From Bispira polyomma (Eukaryota), in contig OZ287757.1 in assembly GCA_965649765.1 (NCBI GenBank), forward strand, positions 13,454,001 through 13,518,000: DNA of 64,000 nucleotides. Direction: 5' to 3'. The notes below the pieces were generated by a model. It was not told the DNA's origin, ran no database searches, and worked only from the letters and a program-made list of their open reading frames with translations. Each line of letters opens with the position of its first letter. Position 1 is the stretch's first letter. Shown here one piece after another: positions 49,303 to 63,612 of the stretch. Made by a program: the position numbers and the translations under genes.

Positions 49303-52300
49303 TTATTTAGACTCGATGCTTAGTGAGTATTTTGAACAGTTACCTTCCTTTGAAACTGTTTGGTATACTTTTAAATTGTTCCGAGTGTACTCTAAGAGTA
49401 AGACTACTAAGGCCCTCTATGGGTCACAATGACAAGCTATCGCTACAAGCAGAACTACGGAAGATTCTGCATAACTACTCCCATTCAATGTCACTATCAC
49501 TAGAATACTAATCATTTCTGTCGGTAAGATCAGTACACTGTTAAGAATATCATGTTTCAGCTGCAACTATATCAGTGTCTCAACTCCCTGTCATTAAAAC
49601 GAAAAGGAATACCAACTATTCTCATTACTCTTCCTTGAAGCCAACAATATGTATATTCATTATTTATCCACTAGGGCGTATTAATGATGTCATTCTGGTT
49701 GATACAATGGACCATATAACCCGGCGCCAGTGAAGATGCATATGAAAACTATAGTAGTTACAGGAATTTCCAAGGCTTTAGTGTAATTTTTTATGCAAAA
49801 TTTCAAATAGAAATTTGACCAAAAGTGTGGTTAAAATGAAATATGGACCCTAAAGAACATAATGGTAGATTAAACTATCTATCTGCATGTACTTAAGAGT
49901 ACTAGGTTGGATTTGAATCTAGGACCTCCACATAACTAAGTGGGTAAGTTGCCCACCAGTCCACAGTGGCAGATGCTATAATACTATTTAAAATACATAA
50001 ATACGTATATACTTGTATACCACTGTTTTACCAGCTTCTTCTTTCAAGATGAGGACAATTCCTATGGTTAAGAAAATAGACAATACCTTGACCTTGAAAG
50101 ACCTGGCTTTCCTCTGACAGCTTCCACCGTAGTAACTAGCATAATCTCCCTGTGTCACTTCTAATGCTAGGAGGCTTTATTGGGTCCATATCTCTTCTAG
50201 GGATTTCAATGGTCTACAAATACCCAATTACCCAACCTATTGCCTTTTAGTAAGCCAATACCAAGCATTGTTCAGCAGCTGATAAAGGTTTGCGAAAGTG
50301 CTTCCAGTTGGAAACTAAAACACTGGGGAAAACACTAGGCCACAAACACACACATGTTATTGCAAATATCAGGAAGCAATTAGATCCGTCTCTCAAAAGC
50401 TATTAAAGGGATGCTCATTGATCTTGGTTATACTAAGAAAAACGTGGAAAATTATAGTATATAAAAATTATAGTATATCAAGTACTGTATACTATATAGT
50501 ATAAACAGTAGTATATAGCATAATTATAATGTAATAATATTTTAACTTTTTTCTAAAGTGATGCACACTTTTAAGAAAAAGAAAACACTGGATTAAATGG
50601 CATTCCTAGGTATTGAACTGCAATATTGAATCTTTATTGAAAGTTTTTCTTATGTTTATTACATTGGAATAAATTAACATGATAATATTAGGAAAGTAAA
50701 TGCTTAACAATAGGAACTTTAAAAACAACTAAATGATGAATAATTTGATATAGGATAAAACAGAGTGCACTGTCAAGTAGGAAAAAGGCCATGTATATTT
50801 TATTGGGTTTGTCTGTGGTCTGGTAATGCTAATCGAATAGGCAAAAAGGACAGCTTCATACAAATAATGTTAGCTGTTTATGCAACATGGGGTATTATTT
50901 GATGGAATTCTTTATCTTGTCTTAAACTATATTATTATTATTATGGACTTTATATCCTATACACAGTTAAAACACAGTTTAAAATTAAGTTATCCCATAT
51001 ATATTTTAAAAAGTTAGTTAACATAGGTAAGCCATATGAGATGAGAACATGGGCCACATTTGAACATCAAAACTCCCTGAACTGTTACCATAGAATAAGA
51101 TGACCCACTTTTGTGAATGAGCATAAACCAGAGTTGGCGCTATGAGGACTTGGAGGGTGGGGGGGGGGGGTTAAGGGGTAATTTCGGAGGAGGGGAAGCA
51201 AAGGCATTCTGGGACACCAGGGGAGAGGGGCGAGGAAGGAGGTGGTGTGGTCTTGCTTGCTGTATGTTAGATCAATAACCAGGATTCTCCCCTTTTTGGT
51301 GGACCATTTTGTGTGTGTGATTTCGAATTTACTTCCCCGCCCCATTCTTCTCCCATCACTGCAGTTGAGCTCCATTTGGCGCTTCTTTATTTATCAGTGA
51401 GCAAACCACACATGTGAAATGCTGCCTCACATATGGTGTGTGTTTTTGTGTATTTGTTAGTATATCCACCTTTTTCTCTCATCATCTGTGTATATAAATG
51501 TATCTGAAGGGCAGAACATAAACAGTAGCTGTGGGTTGGGTGGATAAACAGGTTGAATGTAATATGCAATGAGTGATGTTAAATTGTGCTAATGAAATGC
51601 TAGATTGTGTTGCTTCAGTTCTCTGATATTTTATGGATATATAAACATTAAATACAAAAAGGAAACACTCTGTGGTATGTATATGTTTCATATAACATTT
51701 ATGAGTTGCAGCAAATATTGTACACTAGAGTATAATTATCTTATATTTTGTAACTATCAAACTTGTATGTTAATGGTTAAGGTAATTTACCCTAAATTAT
51801 TGTATACCAACACATCCCTTCTTACTTATTAACATGAAACACCCTTGCTTTGCTAATGTGAACAATAAACAAACTAGGGAACATAGAAACAAAATGTTGT
51901 TTATGTGCAAGACAAAAAATTACTGTTAAAAGGAGGAACCAATATCCTTTAAGTTGGTTCTTCTATTAGTTGCTGTGATCAAGGCGTGTCAGTTGCCTGT
52001 GATTTAAAACATTCACTTGATAGTCTTCATGTGGATCAAATGCCACTGGTGTTTACCCACAGGCCTTTGAGTAAACACATAAAAATCATAAATAATGTTT
52101 TAAAGTCCAAGCTAAAGTATGCAGGTCTAGTTTTTGGAACTAAAAAATCTTGCAATCATAATCTAAATATATGAAAATTACATTAACTCAGGTGAATAGA
52201 TTTACATTCTAGGTTTATTTTGGTCGAAATCAAATACAATCAGACCATTTGACTTTATTTGCTCTGTTAGAAAAACAATGGGTTCGGTACATTCAGCGAG

Positions 52301-53509
52301 AGGTGGGGGCCATACATTATTATTGAACAAAATGATCCAGTTCTTGTGGGTAACATACCTAGGCCTACAACCACGATACAATACGTGTTATTCTTTTTAA
52401 ATATGATTATTTATTCATTAGACTTTCTGACAATGATAATAACCCTTCGGGTTAATCTGTGATAAAGTATAATATAAATAAGTACTCCAATACCACAATC
52501 CATCTTGTGTCACCAGAGTATTATATTTGCAATTCTGTTTTTATCTTTAAGCGACCTTGATTCAATCTTGCCCATTCCAATGGCAAAAAAAGAAGCCAGC
52601 AGTAATAATGCCATAGTTGATTAATGAGTTCCCACTCGGTTAGAAAATCTATGGACCCCTTCACTTAAGGCTTGGTGACATTTATTTAGTTTTGATTAAA
52701 AGCTGTTCCAAGTAACTTAACCACACTTCATAGGTTCTCCTTAAAGCCAATCTCCTTCTATTTTGCAAATGCAGTCAGATCTGTAACTCATGTAATGGAC
52801 AAGATTCAAAAACAATAAAGTTATTCTATGTAACCTTCTTTGATACTATATACCCCCCAAAACCAGTGCATAACTCAGTAATCCCTTCTTCCTCTGTCAA
52901 TGTACACACACTATCATTTTCTGACCCACTACATAACGCTCATGAAGCCAAGACTCAAAACAATGAAAGAGATAAAAATGAAGTAAAACTACAAACACCC
53001 AGAAGTAATTGTTTCAATTTTCTTCACAACTTGTTAGGCCATTAAGCTGCAATGAGCTCTTTGCATATGAGACTATTTGTTGGGAGACTGGACGATCTAG
53101 AACTTGGAGTAATACCTTTGAAAGAATGTACTTGAATGTCATATTCAGTTCTTATTGACTGGGTGTTAGAGTAAAAACATTGTGTAATTTGTCACTGGAG
53201 GAAATTGATTTAAATTATTTTAATCAGATTGGATTATAAAATTTCATAGTAAAAATCCATTCAGGAAAAATTTAAATTAATATTTATCTTTTAATACCAA
53301 ATAAAGTTACATAAACTAGCTCACCGAATATCACTAATATCGGAAACAACTTGCAGTAAACCGGACAAGGTCTGTTTAAAACATCTCCAAGCTACTACTT
53401 CTTCAGCATAGCTTATCTGTCGCATTGTTATCCCACTGACACCAAGGTCATGCCACAAAAACTACTAGTGATCAGGAGTTAAAAAAAGCGAAGATTTAGG
53501 TCTTATATT

Positions 53510-54280
53510 ATAAACTTGTTTATGGGAGCAGTTTTTTTATGCAGCGCTATCTTTCACAAGTTTAAAACTGATAGTAACATCTCAATTCAGTGAAGATTAT
53601 ATTGTGAATTTTAATCCTTTAAAAAGTCAATTATTACTGTATTCTGAAGATCAAGGTGTCATGACCGATGTAATATTTAATGACAACTTAGTATGCTTAA
53701 TTGATTCTGTGACTCATTCTGGTCATCCTACTGCAACAAGAAATGATACCAGTAATTGTATAGTCCAATGTAAAAACGATTTTTTATTATATAACAGCAA
53801 AGACGGTACTTGCTCCCTGAAATTATGTACAGACTGGTGACAAAATACTGTTTGTCATTGTATGGTTGTGTATTTTGGTGCTTTTAAAGTAAATTAGTTA
53901 ATAATTTTTTACTACATGGAGAAAACTTATAAGTATAAGTAATATGGCTCATGGTCTTTACCTACAAAGAATTGTAAATGATATTGAAGTAAAAGCCCAA
54001 TTGCAATAAATATTAGTACAATTTGTCCATTTTGTGTCTTAAAATTTAAATAAAGATACAGTTGTACCCAGTTAGCATTGTATGGAAGTATGTTAGAGAT
54101 ATGTAAAAGTTTAACTTATATATTTATGGTTTAGTCATGAATACAACAAAGCCACTTTCCTTAGGTGGGTTTATGTCACATGTAGAGCAACTGACTGCAA
54201 ATTAGCTGCATGAAGACGACTTTATGAATGTATAGAATATTAAGTGTTTGGTTAATATGCGAGATAAATTTAAGTGACAA
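53510..54280 (+). mobile_element. Old RTE-like LINE 3' fragment (paralog at 58340-58960)
   Basis: FMGAV..., QFSEDYIVNFNPLKSQ and KYCLSLYGCVFW; paralog reads CYMGNMFMGAVC...LAPSLTSLKLML...YNMKFNPSKSQ. Confidence 0.65.
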
Positions 54281-55280
54281 TACACTGACTAATAGGCTGT
54301 AATTATTACGGCCGCCTCCTGGCTTAATATGCTTCCTACTATACTAAGTCCTGCATGTGACAGCTTAATAATTACTCAGCAACAGGTTGGTTTGTGATTG
54401 TCACATATCATTCTTGCTTTGGGTTGTTCTGTACCCTACTTTTCTCATTATCACAATGTCGCCACTACAGAGAATAAGTATCTGAAAGTCTGATGAACTT
54501 AGATTATAAAGGTCAGTTCTACAAAAACGTAATGTGACTTTTCTTTTCAAGCACCTGTCATTAGTTGCAATACAGTCACTGACAGGCTGAAGGTAATAAA
54601 GCTCGTTTCTGAGTTAGCATGCTTCCTGGTGATATTTATATCAACGTCTTGTACGTGCAGGTTACTCATTACACAGTAGCGGATTGGTTTGTGTCTGTTA
54701 CAATATTTTTATTGTTTTTGGTAAGATCTCCTTTGATTAATAAGAGGAGTGATTACTTTTTTAATCAAATCCTGATCTGCTGTATTCTATACAGTGTACT
54801 TATGGGTTTGTCTTACTGTAATGAAGGTCTATTATTGCCTTCTGCAACATATCCAATCTGTCACCAGCTTAATTTATTATATTCTGATACAGTTTGATAA
54901 AATATCGGTTCCTCAACTGGTTGATTTCATGTATAAAATTACCAGTGTCAATGTGTGCACTGAATCAACTAAATCTATAACCTTTCATTAACTATCCCAG
55001 AATATACTACAATAAAAATACTTATAATAACTACAACAACCGTATACTGGATACATTTCTGTGTACAAGCTTAAACATTAAGTTCTATATCTGTCTGGGT
55101 TCAAAATTTCACTTCCAGCACTTGTGTAGTGACATATAACATTTGTTCGTTCATTTGTGGAGGAAACTAGAGCAGGATAGTTGGTCAAAGGTTTCTGCTT
55201 TAGCAAGTGCAGTTCCAACTTGCTCTTATATATTTCAGGGACGAGATTTGAACAGGAGCAACTGTGTTACCACCACAGCA

Positions 55281-55543
55281 GAGAGGCCACGGTGGCCTAG
55301 TGGTTAGCAAGCATTACACTTCACAGTCACTGCTTTCTCACCTCTGGGATCTGCTTGCATGGGTTTAACTCCTGTCGATGCCTATGTGGGAAAGGTGGTA
55401 GCTCCTTACTGTGGGCAGATTATTTCAGTGCAGAACCTACATCAACTGTATGCAGTGTTTCCTCCAGCGTTTCCAACAAACTGTTCCAATATAACTTAAC
55501 AGGTACTAGAGTGGACGGTTAATATCCCAATTAAAAAAAAAAA
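55281..55543 (+). mobile_element. Full-length tRNA-derived SINE with poly(A) and TSD
   Basis: GGTGGCCTAGTGGTTAG A-box, A-tail, and 16-bp TSD TGTTACCAC(C/A)ACAGCA at 55265-55280 and 55544-55559. Confidence 0.85.
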
Positions 55544-57950
55544 TGTTACCACAACAGCACTTACATATTTTATTGTGTATTTTGTGTGAACATATAGTTG
55601 GTTAAGGTTTTTTGCTTTGCAAACTACCGCTTGTCAGTAAAGTTTGCTAGATGTGGGCCAGGACTAAAATTTTAAGCCATGACCACAAAGGTATGCATTG
55701 TATTCAATTGCATTTTCAACACACCTGACTGATGGAAGGTACCTTCTAAAGTACTAGAACATAATCAATGGCTCAGTCACAAAGTCAGAAAATATTTGGA
55801 TTTGGGTGTACAGGGAAGGAATTAAAGGGGATAAGCGAGGGTAAAGTTTTGAACCCAGTTAACTTAACTGGGATATTGTTTTCCTGACAGGGGCAGCAAC
55901 TGAGAAACCTCTAAATCCAGGCGTATCAGTGGGTTTTACATAAAGAATGTTACTGAAGGAAAGAAGAGTAACAACGTAGAAGTAATGTTTCTTAACAACT
56001 CACAGAATGGTAGCTGGTTATAACGCAAGCACATCTTTTGGTGGCAAAAAATCTATTTAACATACTGGTTCATTAACTTTGAACTGGGCATTTTCACCTG
56101 TGGTTGGAATTGTTTTTGGTACAGTTTGATAGGAATTACGTTCTGAGTGTACTCCAGGAGTAAACCTTACTACAGTCGCCTGGGGTGAATTTATAGAGCC
56201 ACAAAAAAGAGAATTTAGTGCCTTCAAGATGACCATTTTGATCAATGCCGCCAATGTTATTTAGCCTGCTACTGAGGATAGGAAAGAATGACAGAGGACC
56301 ACCATCATTACTCTGATGCACTATTTATCTTTCTGTACCTAAGATTACTAGGTCAAGATTAACCTTGGGCCTCTACATTCATAAAGGAGTGTGTTACATA
56401 TCAGGCTACAGTAGCACATGCTATCATACTATATAAGATAAATAAATATTTTAGTGTATACCACTCTTATTTTACCAACTTCTCCTTTTCTGATTAGGAC
56501 ACTTCTTATACTTAAGAAAAGAGATGAGACCTTAAATGACCCACATTTCCTCTGACAGCTTCCACCACAGTAGCTAGCATAATCTGACAGCATCACTTCT
56601 AATCCTAAGAGGTGTTATTTGGTCCATGTCTATTCAGAGACTTCATAAGTGTCTCCTAAAACCCAATTCCCCAACCTTTCGCCTTTTGTTAGACCAATAC
56701 TCAGCATTGTTCAGCAGCTGATAACGGTTTGAGTGGGTGCTTCTTGTTGGAAAATAAAACACTATGGAACAAACACAAAAGAGTTATCAAAAGACCAGGA
56801 AGTAATTAGATCCTCCTCCAAATAGCTAATAAAGGGATGGTCATTGATCTTGGTTAGACCAAGAAAATGTGGAAAATTATGAAATAGTATACCAACTACT
56901 ATATTATAGCATAAAAGGTTGTATTTGCACAATTATTAAAAAAAGTGATGGACTATAGTAAATTGCATTGACATCACTATTAAAAGTTTAATTGTCTTTG
57001 TTTATTCCATTGAAATAATCTAACATGACATTGTTAGCAATGTAAATGCTCAACAAACACTAGGAGCTTAAAAGCAACAAAATGAATGATATGCAAAACA
57101 AGTACAATGCACTACATTGCCAGGGAGGAAACGGTCCATTGTACATTTTATTTGGTTTGTCTGTGGTCTGGTAATGCTAATCTAAAAAGGACAGCTTCCT
57201 ACCAATAATGTTTGATGTTTATGCAACATGGGGCATTATTCAATGTGATTATTTAGCTTGACTTGAACTCATATTCATATTATACACTAAATATCATATA
57301 CACATGGTGTGCTTATAATTAGGGCAAAACAGTAGACAAAATTGTCACAAATTTTCTAAATGTATTCATCCAATATATACACCTAAAAAAGGTTAAGATA
57401 AAGATGTGAACATGGGCAGCATTTAAACATCAAAACTGCCAACACTGCTACCATAGAAGCAGATGACCCACTTTAATAAATGGGCCTAAAACAGAGTGGG
57501 GGGGATGAGCAATTCAGGGGGTTAAGGGGTAATTTGGGAGGAGGAGAAGCAGAAAGATTCTGGGCTATTATTGTTTGTTGTATGTTAGATCAATAACTAG
57601 GATTCTCCCTCCCTCTTTTGGTGAACCTCTTTGTGTTTGTTTGAATTTGCTGCCTCTTGCCATTATTTCACTTCTCACCACAGTTGAGCTCCATTTGTTG
57701 CTCCCCTGTTTATCAGTGAGTAAACCACACATTTGGAATGCTGCCTCACATATGGTGTGTGTTTTTGTGTATTTGTTAGTGTATCCACCTTCTACTCTCA
57801 TCATCTGTGTGTATGAATATATCTGAAGGGCAGAACATAAACAGCAGCTGTAGGTGGATTAGCAGGTTCAATGTAATATGCAATGACTGAGGAGAAATTG
57901 TTCTATTGAAATGCTAGATTGTGTTGATTTTGTTCTATGATATTTTATGG

Positions 57951-57981
<31 letters not shown>

Positions 57982-58339
57982 TTAAATGAAAAAGGGACAC
58001 ACTGTGTGGTATGTATATTTTTGATATAACATTGATGAGTTGCAGTAAATAATTTTGTTATAGTAGTTAAGGCAATAAATTATATTTTGGGGTATAATTT
58101 GTTGAAATTATTGTACACTTAAGTATAATCATATTCTATTTTATCAAACTTACAGGAGAATGTTAATTGTTTAATTAATTTTTCAAAATTATTGTATTTC
58201 AACACATCCCTTCTGACTTATTACCATCTAACACCCTTGCTATTGCCAATGTAAGAAATGTACAGACTGGGGACTATAATAACTAAAGTTTATTTACGTG
58301 GAAGACAAATTGTCATTGTTAAAAGTGGGCAAGGATCCC

Positions 58340-58960
58340 CTTTACCTTATTTGTTCTATTACCTGTTACATGGGTAACATGTTTATGGGAGCAGTTTGTA
58401 ACACAGATAACCGTTCTAAATTAGCTCCATCTTTAACAAGTTTAAAACTGATGTTAAAAGTAGTATCTCAATTTGGTGAAGATTATAATATGAAGTTTAA
58501 TCCTTCAAAAAGTCAAATATTTTGTACTCTGAAGATCAATGTGGGATGACTGATGTAATATTTAATGACAGTTCAATATGCTTCATTGTTTCTGCGACTT
58601 ATTTGGGGCATCCTATTGCAACAAGTAATGATAGCAGTATTTGTTGATTCAATGTAAAAATGGCTGTCAATTATATAACAGGAAATTGCAGTACTTGCTC
58701 TCTGGGTAAACACAGTCTGGTAAAACTGTTTGCCATTGTATGGATTTGTATTATGGAACATTTCAAGTAAATTAGTTAATAGGTTTTAATAGCTTAATAT
58801 GGCTCATGGTCTTTACATTACCAAGAATAGTAAATGAAATTCCAGTTTGTACAATTTGTCAGTTCCTCAAAGTAATAATGAAGTTATTAAATGTTGTACC
58901 CAAGTAGCATTTTATGGAATTAGGTCAGAGGTATGTAAAAGTTTAAGTTATATAGTTAGT
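58340..58960 (+). mobile_element. Old RTE-like LINE fragment, Z2 copy
   Basis: RT C-terminal motifs in ORF 58298-58549 with a decayed YADD. Confidence 0.65.
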
Positions 58961-61900
58961 CATTGACAGCCTTAATGTAAAAAAGCTGCTTACTGGTGAT
59001 AATTATATTAACGTCATGCAGGTGACAGGTTACACATTACACAGCAGCGGGTTGGTTTGTATCTTTTACAATCTTCTTATTGGTAACATCTTCTATGATT
59101 TGTAAGATGAGTAATTACTTTTTAATCAAACCCTGCTGTGCTGAATTCTATACAGTGTACTAATGGGTCTGTTTTATTGTAATGAAAGTCTATTATTGCC
59201 TCATGCAATATATCCGATCTGCCACTAGCTAAATTAATAATATTCTGATTTAGTTTAATAAAATATCAGCTCCTCAACCGCTTGATGAGATGTGAAAAAT
59301 GACAAATTGTCAATGTGTGCAGTGAATCAACTAATCAAATTACCTTAAAGGCTAACGTAGAATATACTACTGATAAAATAATTATAATAACTACAACAGT
59401 ATAATGGCGGTATTAGCTGATAAACGTTTGGGAAGGTGCTTTTAGTTGGAAAACAAAACCCAATTAAAACATAATACTGCAAACACAAATGAGTTATAAC
59501 AAAGACCAGAAAGTAATTCGATCCTGAATTCTCTAAACAGCTATTTAAGGGATGCTCATTCATCTTGGTTATACTAAGAAATAAGTGAACAATTATGAAA
59601 TAGTACATCAAGTCCTATATCCTATAGTATGTGCAGCATATGCACAATTATAATATTTTCACTTATTTCAAGTGATGCACACGTATTGCATCTATGTTGA
59701 AAGTTTTATTGTCTCTGTTCATTCCATTGGAATCAACTAATATAATATTGTTAGCAAAATAAATGCTAAACAAACCATAGAAGCTTGAAAGACAACAAAA
59801 TGAATGATTTCAGGACAAAACACTTAGAGTACAATGCAGGGAGGAAAAGGTCCATGTACATTTTATTATGTTTGTCTGTGGACTGGTAATACTAATTCAA
59901 TAGACAAAAAGGACAGCTACCTACCAATAATGTTAGCTGCTTATGCAACATGGGACAATACTTCATTTGATTCTTTATGTTGCCTTAATCTCATATCCTT
60001 ATTATGGACTTGATATCATATGCACAGTTTTTTTTAGAATCAAGAAGAAACAGTTATTTTATCCCTTTAATAAACCTTACACAGTTGGTATATACAGTTG
60101 TGGTAACATGGACCACATTTTAACACCACAATTTCCAACACTGCTACCATTGAAGCAGATGACCCACTTTAGTAAATGAACCTAAAACAGAGTTGGGATA
60201 TGAGCAATTGAGAGCAGGGGGGGTGGGGGGGGGGTTAAGGGGTAATTTGGGAAGAGGAGAATATGCAGAGGGTTTCTGGGATATTAAGGGGGCTGCAGAA
60301 AGGGGGTGGGGTGGTCTTGTTTGTTGTATGTTAGATCGATAACCAGTCCCCCCCCCCTTTTGGTGGACCAGTGAGTTTGAATTTAATCCCCTGCCCCATT
60401 CATCTCCCATCACTGCAGTTAAGCTTCATTTGGTGCTCCTCTGTTTATCAGTAAGCAAAACACACATGTGGAATGCTGCCTCACATATGGTGCATGTTTT
60501 TGTGTATTTGTTAGTACATCCACATTTTATTCCCATCCTTTATGCACAGGAATGTAAGGGCAGAACTTAAATGGCAGCTGTGGGTGGATTAACAAATTTA
60601 ATGTAATATGCAATGACTGATGCCAAATTGTGCTAGTTAAATGCTAGATTGTGTTGACGTTATTCTCAAAATTTTATGGATATATATAAACATTAAATGA
60701 AGAAGGGACACATTGTGTGGTATGTATATGTTTGTATATAACATTGATGAGTTGCAGTCAATAGTTTTGTTTTAGTAGTTAAGGTAAAAATTATGTATAC
60801 ATAATTTGTTGAAATTATATGCATATAATTATGCTATAATCATATACTATTCCGTAGCTATCAAACTTAGAGGAATATGTTAATGGTTTAAGTAATTCCC
60901 CCAACTTATTGTATTCTAACACATCTCTTCTGAATTATTGACATCAAGCACCCTTGCTATTGCGAATGTGAGAAATGTACAGACTGGGGGATTATAGGAA
61001 CAGAATTTTGTTGATGTGCAAGACAAATATGTCATTTATTAAAAATGGGCATCAATCCCATTTATGTTACTTTTTCTATTACTTGCTGTGATCAAGGGGC
61101 GTCAGTTGGCTGTGATATAAAGCATTTACTTGATAGTCTGCCAGTGAATCTAACCCACTGGAAAGCATGTCAGGTAATTTAACATCCTCCACCAGTGAAC
61201 AGGTTTTCGGGTAAACACATAAACCTTTAAGCGGTGTTAAAGTAAAAACTAAACTATGTAGTGCTACTTTCTGGAACTAATAAATGTTCCAGTCACAATA
61301 TAAACTAAATATCATAAAAATTCGATTAACTCAGTGAATAGAGTTACTTTCTGTGTTACTTTTGGCTTAAATCAGATAGAATAAGACCATTAAACTCTAT
61401 CTGCACTGTTGGAGAAACAAGGGGTTCAGTAGAGTCAGCAAGGGGTGGGGACCATACATTATTAATGAACCAAAAAAAAATCACTACTTGTAGGCAACAT
61501 ATCTAGGCAAAATGTTTTTTTTTTTAATTTTTAAATATGAGTATCTATTCATGACACGTTCTATCACTTTATATGAACCTTTTAGATTATTCTGTGATAA
61601 ATAATTACATAAGTCAGTACTCCAATGGCGCAATCCATCTTGTGTCGCCACAGTATTACATTTCTCATTCCATTTTTTTTCTAAAGCGACCTTGATTCAA
61701 TCATGGCACAAAAAGGAACCAGCCGTAATATAATACCTGCAGTTGTTAGTGAGTTCCCACTCAGTTGGAAAATCTATAGACCCCTTACTAAAGGCTTGAT
61801 GACATTAATTTAGTTTTTATCAAAAGCTGTTCCGAGCAACTTAACCACACTTCAAGAGTGTCACTTAAGCCAATGTTTTTCATTTTTTGCAGATGCATTC

Positions 61901-63612
61901 AGATCTGTAACTCATGTAATGGACAAGATACAAATAAAATTATTCTATGTATCGTTATTTGATACTATACACCCATCAAAAAGGTTAACAGTACACAACT
62001 CAGTCATCACTCCTTCCTCTTTAAAAGAACACACTTCATCATTTTCTAACCCACTTCATAAAGCTCATAAAGCCAAAACCCCCAAAAAAGTGGGAAAGAT
62101 AAAATTGAAGTAAAAAACACACACCCAGAAGCAATTGGTTCAATTTTCTTCACAACTTGTGCCAACTTGTTTTGACATTAACATGCAATCCTGGAGTTCT
62201 TTGCTAATGAGAGTATTTGTTGGGAGTCTGGATGATCTAGTACTTGGAGTATTGCACTTGACAGAATGTACTTAAATCTCATATTCAGTTCTAACTGACT
62301 GGGTGTTAGAGTAAAAAAAAATGTGTAAATTTTCGGTGGGAATTGATTTTATTATTTAATGAGATTGGATTGTCAAATAAAATTTTATAATGAAAACTAA
62401 TTCAGGAAAATTTTTACTGAATATTTATCCTTTAATACCAAATAAGGGTACATTAATTCACTCACTGAATATAAATCCGAATATTAGAAACAACTTGCAG
62501 TAAACCAGATAATGTCTATTTATAGCATCCCTGCCATTGTTTACAAGTCAAAAAGCCACCAAAATCACATTTTACACGATGCTCTCAAATTGTGGAATGG
62601 TTTTCCTCCTCAGTCCCTGTATTTTCTTCATTTAGGTGCAAATTAAGACTACTTCTTAAGCAAAGCTTATCCATTCCATTGTTATTACACTGACGCCTAC
62701 GTCATGTCACATTAACTATTAGTATAGTAAAGACATTAGGCTTCTGAAATTAGATTACATTGTAATAGATGGTTCTTCCTAAAAAACCATTTTCTTAAAG
62801 TTAAGCGGAAAAACACCGACTAACAGGTTGAAAGTAATACAGCTGGTTCCCGGTTTAATGTGCTTACATTTATATCAACGTCCTCCAGGTGACAGTTTAA
62901 TTATTATACAACATTAGGTTGGTTTGTGTCTGTAACAACCTTTTTATTGTTTTTGGTTGAATCTGTCCAAGATTAATCAGATCAGCGATTACTTTTTTTA
63001 AATCAAACTTCACTTGTGCTAAGTTATATGCAATGTACTAATGGGTTTTTTGTTTTTTTCTGTAATAAAAGCCATTATAACGTCCTGCGATATTTATCCA
63101 ATCTGTCACCAGCTAAATTGATTATATCCTGATAAAGTTGTTTTTAAAGAAAATGTTTTCGAATGGATTGGTTGGCTTTATCAAATGGTTAAAGAAAAAG
63201 TATTTAAGTGTGCGCTGTATCAAATAAACCATTGACCTTTTTAATATACACTTCTGATCAAAAATATTATATTTACTACGACAAAAGTACATGTATAGCA
63301 CAAACACATAAGGGTTCTGATAATTCAGTTCAATAGTTAGCTTATACCTTAACCTCTAGGGAATGAACCTGACACTAAAACTTCAGGAGCATTTACTAAT
63401 CAATAACCAATCACATTCATTCCACCAATTGCTAGAGCACAATACCCAATTGGGGGTCATTCATATTGAGACCACATCACATGAAGGAACACAACCGAAA
63501 AGTGTGGCAAAATCAAGCTTTTAGGCAGCCATTTTACACAGGATTTTACATTTTTAGTCTTTATCTATTTGTGTGTTATATTTTTTTTAATTGTGCAACA
63601 AGTGTTAATACT

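Larger units (their letters stand above)
49960..63140 (+). repeat. Tandem array Z: Z1 49960-55040, Z2 56400-59405, Z3 59415-63140
   Basis: Shared anchors, e.g. AATGCTGCCTCACATATGGTG at 51418/57737/60472; Z2 lacks block 51.9-53.5 kb and Z3 lacks most of 53.5-54.5 kb. Confidence 0.9.

Noticed and set aside
48922-49323. Plus-strand ORFs over LINE and DIRS regions (also 30299-30709, 22279-22665)
   Set aside because: Antisense shadows of minus-strand TE coding sequence
51387-51530. Minus-strand acceptor-like ttctgcccttcag and peptide MMREKGGYTNKYTKTHTICEAAF shared by Z1 and Z2
   Set aside because: Similarity is explained by the DNA duplication; frames diverge downstream, Z3 lacks the acceptor, and no protein family is recognisable
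55950-56345. Slightly GC-richer segment with short minus-strand ORFs
   Set aside because: No recognisable motif or splice structure; cannot be supported as coding
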